Part shown: one piece after another, positions 21,638 to 31,549 of the stretch
Numbering within the stretch: the stretch's first letter is position 1
Layout of the letters: each line of letters starts with the position of its first letter
Assembly: GCA_963741205.1 (NCBI GenBank)
Contig: CAVUHW010000031.1
Span: forward strand, 32,001 to 96,000
Length of the DNA: 64,000 nucleotides
Source: Nitrospirota bacterium
GTDB taxonomy: Bacteria > Nitrospirota > UBA9217
Direction: 5' to 3'
Notes under the pieces: model-generated
What the model was told of the DNA's origin: nothing
Database searches by the model: none
What the model saw: the letters and a program-made list of their open reading frames with translations, nothing else
Made by a program: the position numbers and the translations under genes

Positions 21638-22645
21638 TCAGCTCAAAAGAAGAGTGACTTCGCCTCTGCCGCCGTCAGAGCGGCCTTCCACGATTCGGAC
21701 TTCCAAAAGTCCGAATTCCTTTTTCAGCCTTTCGATATTTTCACGCCGTTGACCGACTGCCGTAGACACATCCCGCGGATTCACCGCAAAGACGGCGGTC
21801 TTCCTTTTTTCGCTTCCAACCATCAGAGCAGCCCGCATCTTATCCAGAAAAATTGACGACACCACCAGTTGCCTGAAGGCGGGATGATAGGGGCCGGCGA
21901 GAATCGTGCCCGGCCGTTCCAGCTCCTCCGTCGGCTGGAGTCCCATACGGACCACGGAAATTCCGGCCTGCTCGAATTTCGTATATGCATCACGGCACAT
22001 TGAAACAGCCTGATCCAGCGAAAGCGGGACGTACTTTCCCGCGCGGTAAAGCCGCTCCAGCGGCGTGCCCTTGATCACGAGCGCGGGGTAGAGACGGACG
22101 AAATCCGGCTTTAGCCCGATGACTGCATCGACGGTCGCCTGGAAAATAGCCGCGGAATCTCCCGGGAGTCCCGGCATTAGTTGGAGCCCGATGTTGAATC
22201 GATATTTCTTAAGCAGCGCTACGGCGTTAACCGTATCTGCGGCAAGGTGACCGCGGCCGGCAAGGGCGAGCACATAATCATCCATGGACTGGACGCCGAG
22301 CTCTACCGTTTTGACGTGATACTGCGCGAGAAGGTCGAGGACCTTGCCGCTTATGCAGTCCGGCCTCGTCGAGAGGCGGATGTCCCTGATCCGTCCGGAT
22401 TCGATGTACGGCCTGGCCGCTGCGAGATAAGTTTCCTGCTCGTCAGGGGGCAGGGCGGTGAAACTTCCTCCGTAGAAGGCCAGTTGGACGGGGTCATCGG
22501 ATTTGTAAGCGCTGAGATAGCGGTCGATCTTTTCAGGAACCGAGGCTGCGCCGGCGTATGCATCCTGTCCGGTGATGTTTCTTTGATTGCAGTACACGCA
22601 TTGGTGCGGGCAGCCCGCATGAGGGATGAAGAAGGGGATGATCAT
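21638..22645 (-). CDS. Elp3/YhcC-like radical SAM protein
   Basis: PHAGCPHQCVYCNQ, AFYGGSFT, STRPD, ELGVQS, GPYHPAF. Confidence 0.85.
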   Translation of the reverse strand: MIIPFFIPHAGCPHQCVYCNQRNITGQDAYAGAASVPEKIDRYLSAYKSDDPVQLAFYGGSFTALPPDEQETYLAAARPYIESGRIRDIRLSTRPDCISGKVLDLLAQYHVKTVELGVQSMDDYVLALAGRGHLAADTVNAVALLKKYRFNIGLQLMPGLPGDSAAIFQATVDAVIGLKPDFVRLYPALVIKGTPLERLYRAGKYVPLSLDQAVSMCRDAYTKFEQAGISVVRMGLQPTEELERPGTILAGPYHPAFRQLVVSSIFLDKMRAALMVGSEKRKTAVFAVNPRDVSTAVGQRRENIERLKKEFGLLEVRIVEGRSDGGRGEVTLLLS

Positions 22646-22649
22646 ATTT

Positions 22650-22740
22650 CAGAAGACAGATGACAGAAGACAGAGTTGCAGACGACAGACGAAAACCTTT
22701 GATGCAGTCTGTCTTCTGTCACTCTGTCATCTGTTATCTG
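22650..22740. repeat. Inverted heptamer-periodic array (AGA[AT]GAC/GTC[AT]TCT)
   Basis: CAGAAGACAGATGACAGAAGACAGAG facing GTCTGTCTTCTGTCACTCTGTCATCTG; overlaps the rnc stop codon. Confidence 0.8.
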
Positions 22741-23416
22741 AGAGTTTTTCCAGCGCCTCTTTCGCGGCCTTTTGCTCCGCGTCCTTCTTGCTCTTGCCGA
22801 TGCCGCGGCCGTAGACCTCGCCCTTGACGAGGAGCTCAACGGTAAACTGCTTCTGGTGGTCAGGACCGGTCTCGGAAGCCACGCGGTACTCCGGGAGCTG
22901 TTTGAGTCGCTCCTGGCAGAGTTCCTGGAGCTCGGTCTTGTAGTCGAGGGTCCCGCGGGTGGCGCAGCTCTTCTTGATGGCCTCCTCGAAAAAACGGATG
23001 ACGAACGACTCAGCGACGTTCTTGCCAGCGTCAAGGTAGACGGACGCAATGAGCGCCTCAAGGCAATTTGCGAGCAGGGAATCCTTGTCCCTTCCGCCGG
23101 TCTGTTCTTCTCCCCTGCCGAGCCGGATGTATGCTCCGAGGCCGATCTCGCGGGCGATCGCGGCGAGGGCGGGCTCGCTCACGACAGATGCCCGAAGCCT
23201 CGAGAGATCTCCCTCCGTCGAGTCGGGGCATGCTTTCATCAGATATTCGCTGATCACAAGGTTGAGGACGGCGTCACCGAGGAATTCGAGCCGCTCGTTG
23301 TGGGCGGGTACACGGTTTTCATTGGCGTAGGACTTGTGCGTGAGCGCGCGCTCGAGCAGCTCCGGGTCCGTGAACCGGTGTGATATCCGCTCCTGGATGT
23401 CCGCAAGAGGAGGCAT
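22727..23416 (-). CDS. rnc: Ribonuclease III
   Basis: ALTHKS, NERLEFLGDAVL signature, dsRBD DYKTELQE..GKSKKDAEQ. Confidence 0.95.
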   Translation of the reverse strand: MPPLADIQERISHRFTDPELLERALTHKSYANENRVPAHNERLEFLGDAVLNLVISEYLMKACPDSTEGDLSRLRASVVSEPALAAIAREIGLGAYIRLGRGEEQTGGRDKDSLLANCLEALIASVYLDAGKNVAESFVIRFFEEAIKKSCATRGTLDYKTELQELCQERLKQLPEYRVASETGPDHQKQFTVELLVKGEVYGRGIGKSKKDAEQKAAKEALEKLSDNR

Positions 23417-23417
23417 A

Positions 23418-24660
23418 TTATTTTTTAAATCTCTTGAAGATGAGGCACGCATTGGTCCCGCCGAACCCGAAGGAGTTGGACATGACCACATCAACCTGCT
23501 TCTGCCGCGCCGTGTTCGGGATATAATCCAGATCGCACTCAGGGTCGGGGTTCTCAAGGTTGATGGTCGGGGGAAGGATCCCGCGGTCCAGGGCGAGGAC
23601 GGAGATGACCGCCTCCACACCGCCCGCGGCGCCCAGCAGGTGGCCGGTCATGGATTTAGTGGAACTGACGGGTATGTTATAGGCATAGTCGCCGAAGACG
23701 GTCTTGATGGCGATGCTCTCGAGCTCATCGCCGAACTTAGTGGAGGTGCCGTGCGCGTTGATATAGCCCATGTCCGTCGGTGCGATGCCGGCGTCCTTGA
23801 TCGCCATCTTCATGCAGCGCGCGGCTCCGTCGCCGTTCGGCGCGGGCGCGGTTATGTGGTAAGCGTCGCCCGAGGCGCCGTAACCGATCACCTCGGCATA
23901 GATGCGGGCGCCGCGCTTCATGGCGGATTCCAATTCCTCGAGGATGACAATGCCGGAGCCTTCCCCCATGATGAAGCCGTCGCGCTCCGCGTCAAAGGGA
24001 CGGCTGGCCCGCTGCGGTTCGTCGTTCCTCGTGGAAAGAGCCTTCATGGCGTTGAAACCGCCGACGCCGAGCGGGCAGATGCACGATTCGGTGCCGCCGG
24101 CGATCATGGCATCGGCGTCGCCGCGCTGGATCCATTTGAAGGCGTCGCCGATGGAATGGGTCCCGGTCGCGCATGCGGTCACGATGCTGATATTGGGGCC
24201 CTTGGCGCCGTAGCGGATGGAGAGTACCCCCGCCGCTTCGTTGATGATGGTCATGGGAATGAAAAACGGCGTGATCCGGCGGTACCCCTTCTCCCGGTAG
24301 GCATCGTGGACCTTTTCGATAGCAGGGAGCCCGCCCATGCCTGCGCTTACGATGACGCCGATGCGCTCGGCGTTCTCCTGGCGTAATCTTAAGACCTGAG
24401 TCATCCATGGCCATTTGGCTTGCTGCGACAGCCAGATGGATGAAGCGGTCCATCTTTTTTATTTCTTTTAGTTCGATATACTTCTCCGGTTCGAAGCCGT
24501 GGATCTCGCCGGCGATTTGCGTCGGAATGGCCTTGTCATCGAACTGCGTGATGGGGCCTATGCCGGACTTGCCTTGCACCAGTCCTTCCCAGCTCGATTC
24601 CGTATCAAGACCGATCGGGGTGATCATCCCGATGCCGGTGACGACAACTCTTTTTTCCAA
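23418..24660 (-). CDS. fabF: 3-oxoacyl-ACP synthase II (frameshift near 24385)
   Basis: [37 protein letters not shown]. Confidence 0.93.
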
Positions 24661-24696
24661 GAACGGATACCTCCTGCCTAAAAAATCTGAAAAGCC

Positions 24697-24731
24697 AAAA
24701 AGACCTCTCACGCGAACGCGGGAGAGGTCTT
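24697..24731 (-). terminator. Hairpin plus U-tract after acpP
   Basis: Stem AAGACCTCTC/GAGAGGTCTT followed by a T-run on the minus strand. Confidence 0.65.
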
Positions 24732-24783
24732 CTTGCTTTCAGAATTTCCTATTACCGTAAACCCGTACCGCCCGGTAAATGAT

Positions 24784-25020
24784 TTACTTCGCTTTCGCCT
24801 TGATATAGTCGATGGCGTTTCCAACCGTGGCAATTTTTTCGGCGTCCTCATCGGGGATCTCCACGCCGAACTCTTCCTCCAGTGCCATGACCAGCTCCAC
24901 GGTGTCGAGCGAATCAGCGCCGAGATCGTTGACGAATGAGGCCTCGGGTTTTACATCCCCTTCGGGTACGCCGAGCTGCTCAGAAATGATCTTTTTTACC
25001 TTTGCCTCTACATCAGCCAT
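24784..25020 (-). CDS. acpP: Acyl carrier protein
   Basis: [20 protein letters not shown]. Confidence 0.97.
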   Translation of the reverse strand: MADVEAKVKKIISEQLGVPEGDVKPEASFVNDLGADSLDTVELVMALEEEFGVEIPDEDAEKIATVGNAIDYIKAKAK

Positions 25021-25104
25021 TGTCATCCTCCTCTGATTGTGTTCTTTCCTGATTGATTATAAGTTCTGTACTCAGTACTCTAAACTCTTTACCCGGTACT
25101 CCTG

Positions 25105-25845
25105 CTACATATACATGCCGCCGTTCACATGGATCACCTGGCCGGTGATATACGCCGCCCACGGAGAGGCGAGGAACCGGACGGCGTTTGCCACATCCTC
25201 GGGCGTGCCGAGCTTGCCCATGGGAATCTGCTTGGCGAGCTCCTGCCTGACATTTTCCGGCAAGGCCTGCGTCATAGCCGTGTCGATGAAGCCCGGCGCC
25301 ACGGCGTTCGCCGTAATACCGCGGTTTGCATACTCCCGTGCTATGGTCTTCGTGAGCCCGATGAGGCCGGCCTTGGAAGCGACATAATTTGCCTGACCGG
25401 CGTTGCCCATGGCGCCGACGATGGAGGCGATGTTGATGACCGTGCCGCCCCGCTGCTTGGACATATGCTTCAGCGCCGCCTTCGTGCACAAAAAGGAGCC
25501 CTTCAGGTTTATGCTCAAGACGAGGTCCCAATCCTCATCCTTCATGCGAAGAATGAGCCCGTCCCGGGTGATGCCTGCATTGTTCACGAGGATGTCGATC
25601 CTGCCGAATTTTTCCATGATCTGGTCGATCATGGCGGTTACATCGGCTGAGGCCGCAACGTTGGCCTTGAGCGCCAGTGATTTCCTGCCCTTTGCTTCGA
25701 TATCTCCCGCGGTTTTCTGGGCTGCCTCGAGATTCACATCGCAAATGGCGACATCGGCGCCGTCGGTCGCCAGCGCAAGCGCGATGTCCCTTCCGATGCC
25801 CTGTGCGGCGCCGGTGACGAGGGCTATTTTACCGGTGAGACTCAT
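25105..25845 (-). CDS. fabG: 3-oxoacyl-ACP reductase
   Basis: TGAAQGIG, NNAGITRD, YVASK, VNGGM. Confidence 0.95.
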   Translation of the reverse strand: MSLTGKIALVTGAAQGIGRDIALALATDGADVAICDVNLEAAQKTAGDIEAKGRKSLALKANVAASADVTAMIDQIMEKFGRIDILVNNAGITRDGLILRMKDEDWDLVLSINLKGSFLCTKAALKHMSKQRGGTVINIASIVGAMGNAGQANYVASKAGLIGLTKTIAREYANRGITANAVAPGFIDTAMTQALPENVRQELAKQIPMGKLGTPEDVANAVRFLASPWAAYITGQVIHVNGGMYM

Positions 25846-25938
25846 GAGCAACTCCTCATTGAAGATTGAAAATTGGAAATTTTAAAATGAAGCATGAAAT
25901 CGGGGACAGAATCTAATTTTAAATTTCCGATTTTCAAT

Positions 25939-26871
25939 TCAGCAGCCAACGCTGAAGAGCGTTTCCTTCATGCTCCTCTGGTCTTCCACATTCAGTATCT
26001 TGGCGTCCTTGACAATCCGCTTCACGAGGCCCGAAAGCACCTTGCCTGGGCCGATCTCGATGAAGGTATCGAAGCCTTCGGCCGTCATTGCATTGATGGA
26101 GTCCTCCCAATACAGGGGAGCGCTGATCTGTTTTATGAGCGACGGCCGGAGTTCGGACGCCGACCTAAGAAACTTCGCGTCCGCATTATTCACGACCGGA
26201 ATGCGGAGCTCTTTTATCGCTATCTTCTCAAGCTCGATCGCAAGCCGCTTGCCCGCCTCGTTCATCATGGCGCAGTGCGACGGAACGCTTACCGCCAGCG
26301 GAATAACCTTCTTGGCGCCCGCGATCCTGGCAAGTTCCATGGCCTTTTCTACGGCCGCTTTCTCTCCCGCGATCACAATCTGGCCAGGCGAGTTGTAATT
26401 TGCAGGGGCAACTATACCATTATTAGCCGCTTCATGGCAAGTTTTTTCTACGTCCTGCCGTGTCATGCCGAGGATCGCGGCCATGAGCCCCGTTCCCGCG
26501 GGGACCGCCTCCTGCATGTAGCGCCCGCGCTTTTGCACCAGCATGACGGCGTCCGCGAGCTCGAATCCGCCGGCGGCCGTTATCGCCGTATATTCACCAA
26601 GGCTGTGTCCGGCCACCGCGGCAGCCTCCAAGCCCCTGCGTTCGAGAGGACGCAGGATCGCGATGCATGCGGCGAGGATTGCGGGTTGCGTATTTTCTGT
26701 CAGGTTCAGCTTTTCGATGGGACCGTGAAGGCAGAGGTGCTCAAGATCGTAACCGAGCGAAGAAGCGGCAATGTCGAAGACCTCTTTCGATTCCTTGAAG
26801 TTCTCGATGAATTCCTTAGCCATGCCCGCGTACTGAGAGCCCTGGCCGGGAAAGAGAAAGGCGATTTTCAT
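25939..26871 (-). CDS. fabD: Malonyl-CoA:ACP transacylase
   Basis: FPGQGSQ, TQPA, GHSLGEY, EIGPG. Confidence 0.95.
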   Translation of the reverse strand: MKIAFLFPGQGSQYAGMAKEFIENFKESKEVFDIAASSLGYDLEHLCLHGPIEKLNLTENTQPAILAACIAILRPLERRGLEAAAVAGHSLGEYTAITAAGGFELADAVMLVQKRGRYMQEAVPAGTGLMAAILGMTRQDVEKTCHEAANNGIVAPANYNSPGQIVIAGEKAAVEKAMELARIAGAKKVIPLAVSVPSHCAMMNEAGKRLAIELEKIAIKELRIPVVNNADAKFLRSASELRPSLIKQISAPLYWEDSINAMTAEGFDTFIEIGPGKVLSGLVKRIVKDAKILNVEDQRSMKETLFSVGC

Positions 26872-26974
26872 AAGTTGTTTACCTGTAAAGATTCAAGCCC
26901 GGCTGTTAGATGCTGGATGACGTATGCTGGATGCTTGATAAAGGCGTCGGATATGCGGCATCCGGTATCGACGC

Positions 26975-28162
26975 CTATCCCCGCATCTCCCGTATTTTCT
27001 TGATCATGATCGGCAGGACTTCATGGACGTCGCCGACGATGCCGTATGTCGCAACGTTGAAGATGGGCGCCTCGGGGTCCTTATTGATGGCCACGATCAC
27101 TTCCGACGACTGCATGCCGGCGACATGCTGGATAGCACCGGAGATGCCGCAGGCGATATAAAGCTTGGGGCAGACGGTCTTGCCGGTCTGTCCCACCTGA
27201 TGGGGATAGGGGACCCATCCCTCATCAACCGCTCCTCTCGTCGCAGCGACCGCGCCGCCGAGGGCTTTTGCGAGTTCCTCGATAAGATAAAAGTTTTTGG
27301 CGCTTCCGAGACCGCGTCCGCCGGCCACGACGATGTCCGCTTCGCAGATGTTTACTGTCTCGCCCAATTCTTCCACTGTCTTCATGACCCTGGTCCGGAG
27401 GTCTCCGGACTGCGTATACCTGATCTCGATGACCTCGCCGGTCCGGGAGCCGTCACGCACGGCAGGCTTCATCACCTTGTGCCGGACCGTGGCCATCTGA
27501 GGCCGGTGGTTCGGCGTCACGATGGTGGCCATGATGTTTCCGCCGAACGCGGGCCGTGTCTGGAGCAGGTGGCCGTTCTCGCCGTCGATGTCGAGCGCCG
27601 TGCAATCAGCCGTAAGGCCGGCATACAGAGCGGCAGCTACCTTGGGGAAGAAGGACCGGCCTATGGCCGTGGCGCCGGCGAGGATGATCTCGGGTTTGTG
27701 CTGGTGGGCGAGCGTCGTCAGGATCGCGGCGTAGGAGTCGTCATTGAAGTCCTTGAGCGCGGGATCATCGGCGACGTACACGATGTCGGCGCCGTGCGCG
27801 ATGAGTTCCTCTGCCTTGTCCCTGATGCCCGAGCCGATGAATACCGCCGACAGCTTGGTTTTTCTTTTATCGGCCAGTTTCCTTCCCTCACCGAGAAGTT
27901 CCAAGGCCACGCTGGCAATGCCGCCCTTGTGCTGTTCGGCAAAGACCCATACGCCCTTGTACGCGGAAAGGTCGGCGAGGGGGCCGGCCTCTTCCTCTCT
28001 CTCAATGGCCTTGAACTCGCAGACCTCGATGCAGGCTCCGCACATGGTGCAGGCTTCGGTGATGAAGGCCTTGCCGTCCTTCATTTCTATAGCGCCGAAG
28101 GGGCACGCGGTCACGCATTTTTCGCAGCACTCACATTTGTCCGATATGACGCGAACGCTCAC
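26975..28162 (-). CDS. etfA: Electron transfer flavoprotein alpha subunit with N-terminal 2[4Fe-4S] ferredoxin domain
   Basis: GTG start after AAGGAG; [12 protein letters not shown] and [12 protein letters not shown]; [22 protein letters not shown]. Confidence 0.92.
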   Translation of the reverse strand: MSVRVISDKCECCEKCVTACPFGAIEMKDGKAFITEACTMCGACIEVCEFKAIEREEEAGPLADLSAYKGVWVFAEQHKGGIASVALELLGEGRKLADKRKTKLSAVFIGSGIRDKAEELIAHGADIVYVADDPALKDFNDDSYAAILTTLAHQHKPEIILAGATAIGRSFFPKVAAALYAGLTADCTALDIDGENGHLLQTRPAFGGNIMATIVTPNHRPQMATVRHKVMKPAVRDGSRTGEVIEIRYTQSGDLRTRVMKTVEELGETVNICEADIVVAGGRGLGSAKNFYLIEELAKALGGAVAATRGAVDEGWVPYPHQVGQTGKTVCPKLYIACGISGAIQHVAGMQSSEVIVAINKDPEAPIFNVATYGIVGDVHEVLPIMIKKIREMRG

Positions 28163-28254
28163 AGGAGACTCCTTAACAGAAGTGATGCAGGACTCAGGAT
28201 GCAGGCGGAAACAAGCTTTCATCGTAGTCTGCATCGTTCGGATCATGTCCTCGA

Positions 28255-29040
28255 TTATATCAACGACTGCTCTTTTAACTTCCTGACGACCGTTGCAACC
28301 TTTTCTTCCATGCTCCCGGTCAGGATCTCTCTCTGGCCGCGGGGGGCAGGCGGGAATATCTTGACGACCTTTGTCGGGGAACCCTTGAGGCCGCACTTGT
28401 CTTGATCGGCGCCGATGTCGCCGGCGCTCCAGCTTGATACCTTGAGGCCTTTTGCCTTCATCTTGCCCTTGAGCGAGGGAAGTCTCGGCTGGTTGATTTC
28501 TTTGACTACGGTTATGAGGGCGGGAAGGGACGTTTCGACCACGTCGTATCCCTCGTCCATGAGCCGCTCGGCCACCATCTTTTTTTCTTCGATCTGTTCG
28601 ATCTTCCTGATATAGGCGATGAAGGGGATGCCGAGCATATCGGCGGTCTCCGGCCCGACCTGGGCCGTGTCCCCGTCTATGGCCTGTTTGCCGGCTATAA
28701 TGAGGTCATAAGAGCCGATCTTCTTGATGCCCTGCGAGATGGCGTAGGATGTGGCCCAGGTATCGGCGCCGGCAAAAGCCCGGTCGGACAGGAGGACGAC
28801 ATCGTCCACGCCGTATGAGACGGCTTCCTTGAGCGCCTCGGCGGCCTGCGGCGGGCCCATGGTTACGGCGGTCACTTTGCCGCCGTGTTTTTCCCGCAGA
28901 CGGAGCGCTTCTTCGATGGCGTACATGTCAAAGGGGTTAATGATGCTGGGTACCCCCTCGCGGACCAGTGTGTTGGTCTCGCGGTTTATCTTGACCTCCG
29001 AGGTGTCCGGGACCTGTTTTACCAAGACGATGATGTTCAT
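28255..29040 (-). CDS. etfB: Electron transfer flavoprotein beta subunit
   Basis: VKQVPDT, INPFD, FAGADTWAT, GKQAIDGDTAQVGP, PRLPS. Confidence 0.93.
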   Translation of the reverse strand: MNIIVLVKQVPDTSEVKINRETNTLVREGVPSIINPFDMYAIEEALRLREKHGGKVTAVTMGPPQAAEALKEAVSYGVDDVVLLSDRAFAGADTWATSYAISQGIKKIGSYDLIIAGKQAIDGDTAQVGPETADMLGIPFIAYIRKIEQIEEKKMVAERLMDEGYDVVETSLPALITVVKEINQPRLPSLKGKMKAKGLKVSSWSAGDIGADQDKCGLKGSPTKVVKIFPPAPRGQREILTGSMEEKVATVVRKLKEQSLI

Positions 29041-29066
29041 GAGAATCTCCGCCGCGATAGCAATTT

Positions 29067-29169
29067 CCTCCCCCTTCAAGGGGGAGATCAGGTGGGGGAT
29101 GGGTTATTCACCCGATGACGCTTCGCTTTTGACCCATTCCCACCCCAGCCTTCCCCTTGAAGGGGAGGG
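29067..29169. repeat. Bipartite palindromic REP-like element (CTCCCCTTxAAGGGGAG family)
   Basis: CCTCCCCCTTCAAGGGGGAG...GGTGGGGGATGGGT facing ACCCATTCCCACC...TTCCCCTTGAAGGGGAGGG. Confidence 0.75.
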
Positions 29170-29212
29170 TGTTAGAACTTCGGATTTGCCATTGTCATTT
29201 GGCGCTTGCTTT

Positions 29213-30370
29213 TTATTTCTGTCTCGTCGCTTCCCTGATCATGTCCAGGGCGATGACGTTTCGCTGGATCTGGTTGGTGCCTTCGTAGATCTGGAGAATC
29301 TTGGCGTCGCGCATCATCTTCTCGACGGGGTATTCCTTCATGTAACCCGAGCCTCCCATGACCTGGACCGCGTCCGTGGTCACCTTCATCGCGACGTCGG
29401 TGGCGAACAGCTTGGCCATGGCGGATGCGCGGGAGACGTCCTTGGCCCCGGAGTCGATAAACCGCGCCACGGAGTACACGAGTGAACGCGCAGCTTCGGT
29501 CTGGGTCTGCATGTCGGCAAGCATGTGCTGGACCGCCTGGAAGGACGTCACGGGCTGGCCGAACTGCACCCGCTGCTTCGCGAACTTGATGGCTTCGTCG
29601 ATGGCCCCCTGCGCGACGCCCACCCCCTGGGCGCCTACGCCGGTACGGGAGCTGTCGAGGGTCTTCATGGCAACGATGAACCCCAGGCCTTCCTTGGAGA
29701 TAAGGTTCTCCCTGGGGATGCGGCAGTTGTTGAATATGAGTTCGGTCGTGGAGGAGGCTCGGATGCCCATCTTATTCTCTTTCTTGCCGAAGGTGAAGCC
29801 GGGCATGCCCTTCTCGACGATGAAGGCCGAGGCCCCGCGAGGGCCCTTGGACCTGTCGGTAATGGCGATGATGGTGTAGACTTCCGCCTCGCCGCCGTTC
29901 GTTATCCATTGTTTTGTGCCGTTCAGCACATACTCGTTGCCTTCGAGTTTCGCCGTGGTCTGTACGCCGCTCGCGTCGCTGCCGGCGTTGGCTTCCGTGA
30001 GTCCGAAAGCCGCGAATTTTTTACCCGTCGCGATATCGGGAAGATATTTCTTCTTCTGAGCATCGGAGCCGTTCAGAAGGATGGGATAGGTGCCGAGCGC
30101 GTTTGCGGCATAGCTTGTGGAAACCCCCACGCATGCCTTGGACAGTTCCTCGACAGTGATGCAGAGTTCCAGACTCTTTTTCCCCAGGCCGCCGTATTCT
30201 TCGGGGATGAAGAGGCCGAAGAGGTCTGCCTGGGCTATGGCCTTCATGACTTCCAAGGGGAATCTGTTGTGCTCATCGAGTTCGGCCCGTACCGGAACGA
30301 TCTTTTCCTGCGCGACCTGCCGGGCCAGGTCGCGGATCATGATTTGTTCTTCCGTCAGCAGATAATCCAT
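29213..30370 (-). CDS. Acyl-CoA dehydrogenase (butyryl-CoA dehydrogenase-like)
   Basis: FGLTEANAGSD, NGTKQWITNG, KMGIRAS, RVQFG, IYEGTNQIQR with catalytic Glu. Confidence 0.92.
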   Translation of the reverse strand: MDYLLTEEQIMIRDLARQVAQEKIVPVRAELDEHNRFPLEVMKAIAQADLFGLFIPEEYGGLGKKSLELCITVEELSKACVGVSTSYAANALGTYPILLNGSDAQKKKYLPDIATGKKFAAFGLTEANAGSDASGVQTTAKLEGNEYVLNGTKQWITNGGEAEVYTIIAITDRSKGPRGASAFIVEKGMPGFTFGKKENKMGIRASSTTELIFNNCRIPRENLISKEGLGFIVAMKTLDSSRTGVGAQGVGVAQGAIDEAIKFAKQRVQFGQPVTSFQAVQHMLADMQTQTEAARSLVYSVARFIDSGAKDVSRASAMAKLFATDVAMKVTTDAVQVMGGSGYMKEYPVEKMMRDAKILQIYEGTNQIQRNVIALDMIREATRQK

Positions 30371-30398
30371 TAAGTCCTCCGAAAAAAAATTGGAAATT

Positions 30399-30485
30399 GC
30401 CTGCACCCAGCGGTTACGAGCCTGCGGCCAGCATTTATGAGTGCATCGCGCGAATGCAGGCTGTGCGGCAGCGCGAGTGCAGGGC
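30399..30485. repeat. About 43-bp GCCTGC...TGCAGG miniature element with a second copy nested inside it
   Basis: Outer parts 30399-30420 and 30462-30485, inner copy 30420-30461; free-standing homolog at 42284-42326. Confidence 0.65.
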
Positions 30486-30568
30486 GAAGATTAGAAATTG
30501 GAAATTTCAAAATTTTATTGGGAAGGAGATTGCAATATCCAATCTTCAATTTCCAATTTTCAATGCTG

Positions 30569-31549
30569 TTACCATCTCACCAACGCCGAGGCCCAGGTAA
30601 GCCCCCCGCCGAAGGCCTCGAACAGAAGGAGGTGATTTTTTTTGATCCTGTTGTCGCGGACCGCCTCATCGAGGGCCATGGGGATCGATGCCGCGGACGT
30701 GTTCCCGTATTTCGGAAGCGTGAGCACGACCTTTTCCATGGGCATGTTGAGCCGCTGCGCCATGGCCTGGATGATCCTCAGGTTTGCCTGGTGTGGAACG
30801 AGGTAGTCGATCTGTTCCGGCTTCACCTTGTTATGCTTCAGCGCCTCCTGCGCCACTCCCTCGAGCGCGCGTACAGCCGCCTTGAAGGTCTCGTTGCCCT
30901 TCATCCTGATGAAGTGCATCCTTTTCCGGATGGTATCGTGGGACGCCGGGTGTTGGGCGCCGCCGCCGGGAACATGGATCAAGTCCCCGAGCGATCCGTC
31001 GGAATGCAGGTGCGTCGAGAGGATCCCGCGCTTGCCCGCGTGCCGTTGGATGACGACCGCGCCCGCGCCGTCTCCGAAGAGAATGCAGGTCGTTCGATCC
31101 TCCCAGTCCGTGAACCGCGAGAGGATCTCGGCGCCGACGAGAAGGATGTTCTTATACAAGCCGGACCTGATGAAAGCGTCCGCGACGGACATCCCATAGA
31201 TGAAACCGGAACACGCGGCATAGATATCGAAGGCGGCCGCCTTTCGGGCTCCGAGCTTTTCCTGAAGCACGCAGCTCATGCTCGGCAGGATCATGTCCGG
31301 CGTCATGGTGGCCACCAGGATGAGGTCCAGCTCATCCGCCCCCAGACCGGCGGCCTTGAGGGCCTTCTTGCCCGCCTCGTAGGCGAGGTCCGACGTTGTC
31401 TGGCCTTTTTCCGCGATTCTGCGTTCCTTGATGCCCGTCCGCTCGGTGATCCACTCGTCGCTCGTGTCCACGAGCTTTTCCAGATCGAGGTTGGTAATGA
31501 CCTTCTTCGGCGCGTACGAGCCGGTGCCTGTTATCCGTGCATGGATCAT
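30569..31549 (-). CDS. fabH: 3-oxoacyl-ACP synthase III
   Basis: DTSDEWI.ERTGI, AACSGF, PHQAN, GNTSAAS. Confidence 0.95.
   Translation of the reverse strand: MIHARITGTGSYAPKKVITNLDLEKLVDTSDEWITERTGIKERRIAEKGQTTSDLAYEAGKKALKAAGLGADELDLILVATMTPDMILPSMSCVLQEKLGARKAAAFDIYAACSGFIYGMSVADAFIRSGLYKNILLVGAEILSRFTDWEDRTTCILFGDGAGAVVIQRHAGKRGILSTHLHSDGSLGDLIHVPGGGAQHPASHDTIRKRMHFIRMKGNETFKAAVRALEGVAQEALKHNKVKPEQIDYLVPHQANLRIIQAMAQRLNMPMEKVVLTLPKYGNTSAASIPMALDEAVRDNRIKKNHLLLFEAFGGGLTWASALVRW

Noticed and set aside
22650-22740. CRISPR array
   Set aside because: Short degenerate 7-mers in inverted arrangement, no repeat-spacer structure, no cas genes; none found elsewhere in the window
21638-23416. rnc next to an Elp3-like radical SAM as a novel system
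   Set aside because: This adjacency is already familiar from clostridial and deltaproteobacterial genomes; nothing extra is visible here
28163-28396. N-terminal extension of EtfA in the ORF track (similar extensions on rnc, aspC, ruvC, hpf)
   Set aside because: Read-through of intergenic or repeat DNA; better starts lie downstream at the family N-terminus
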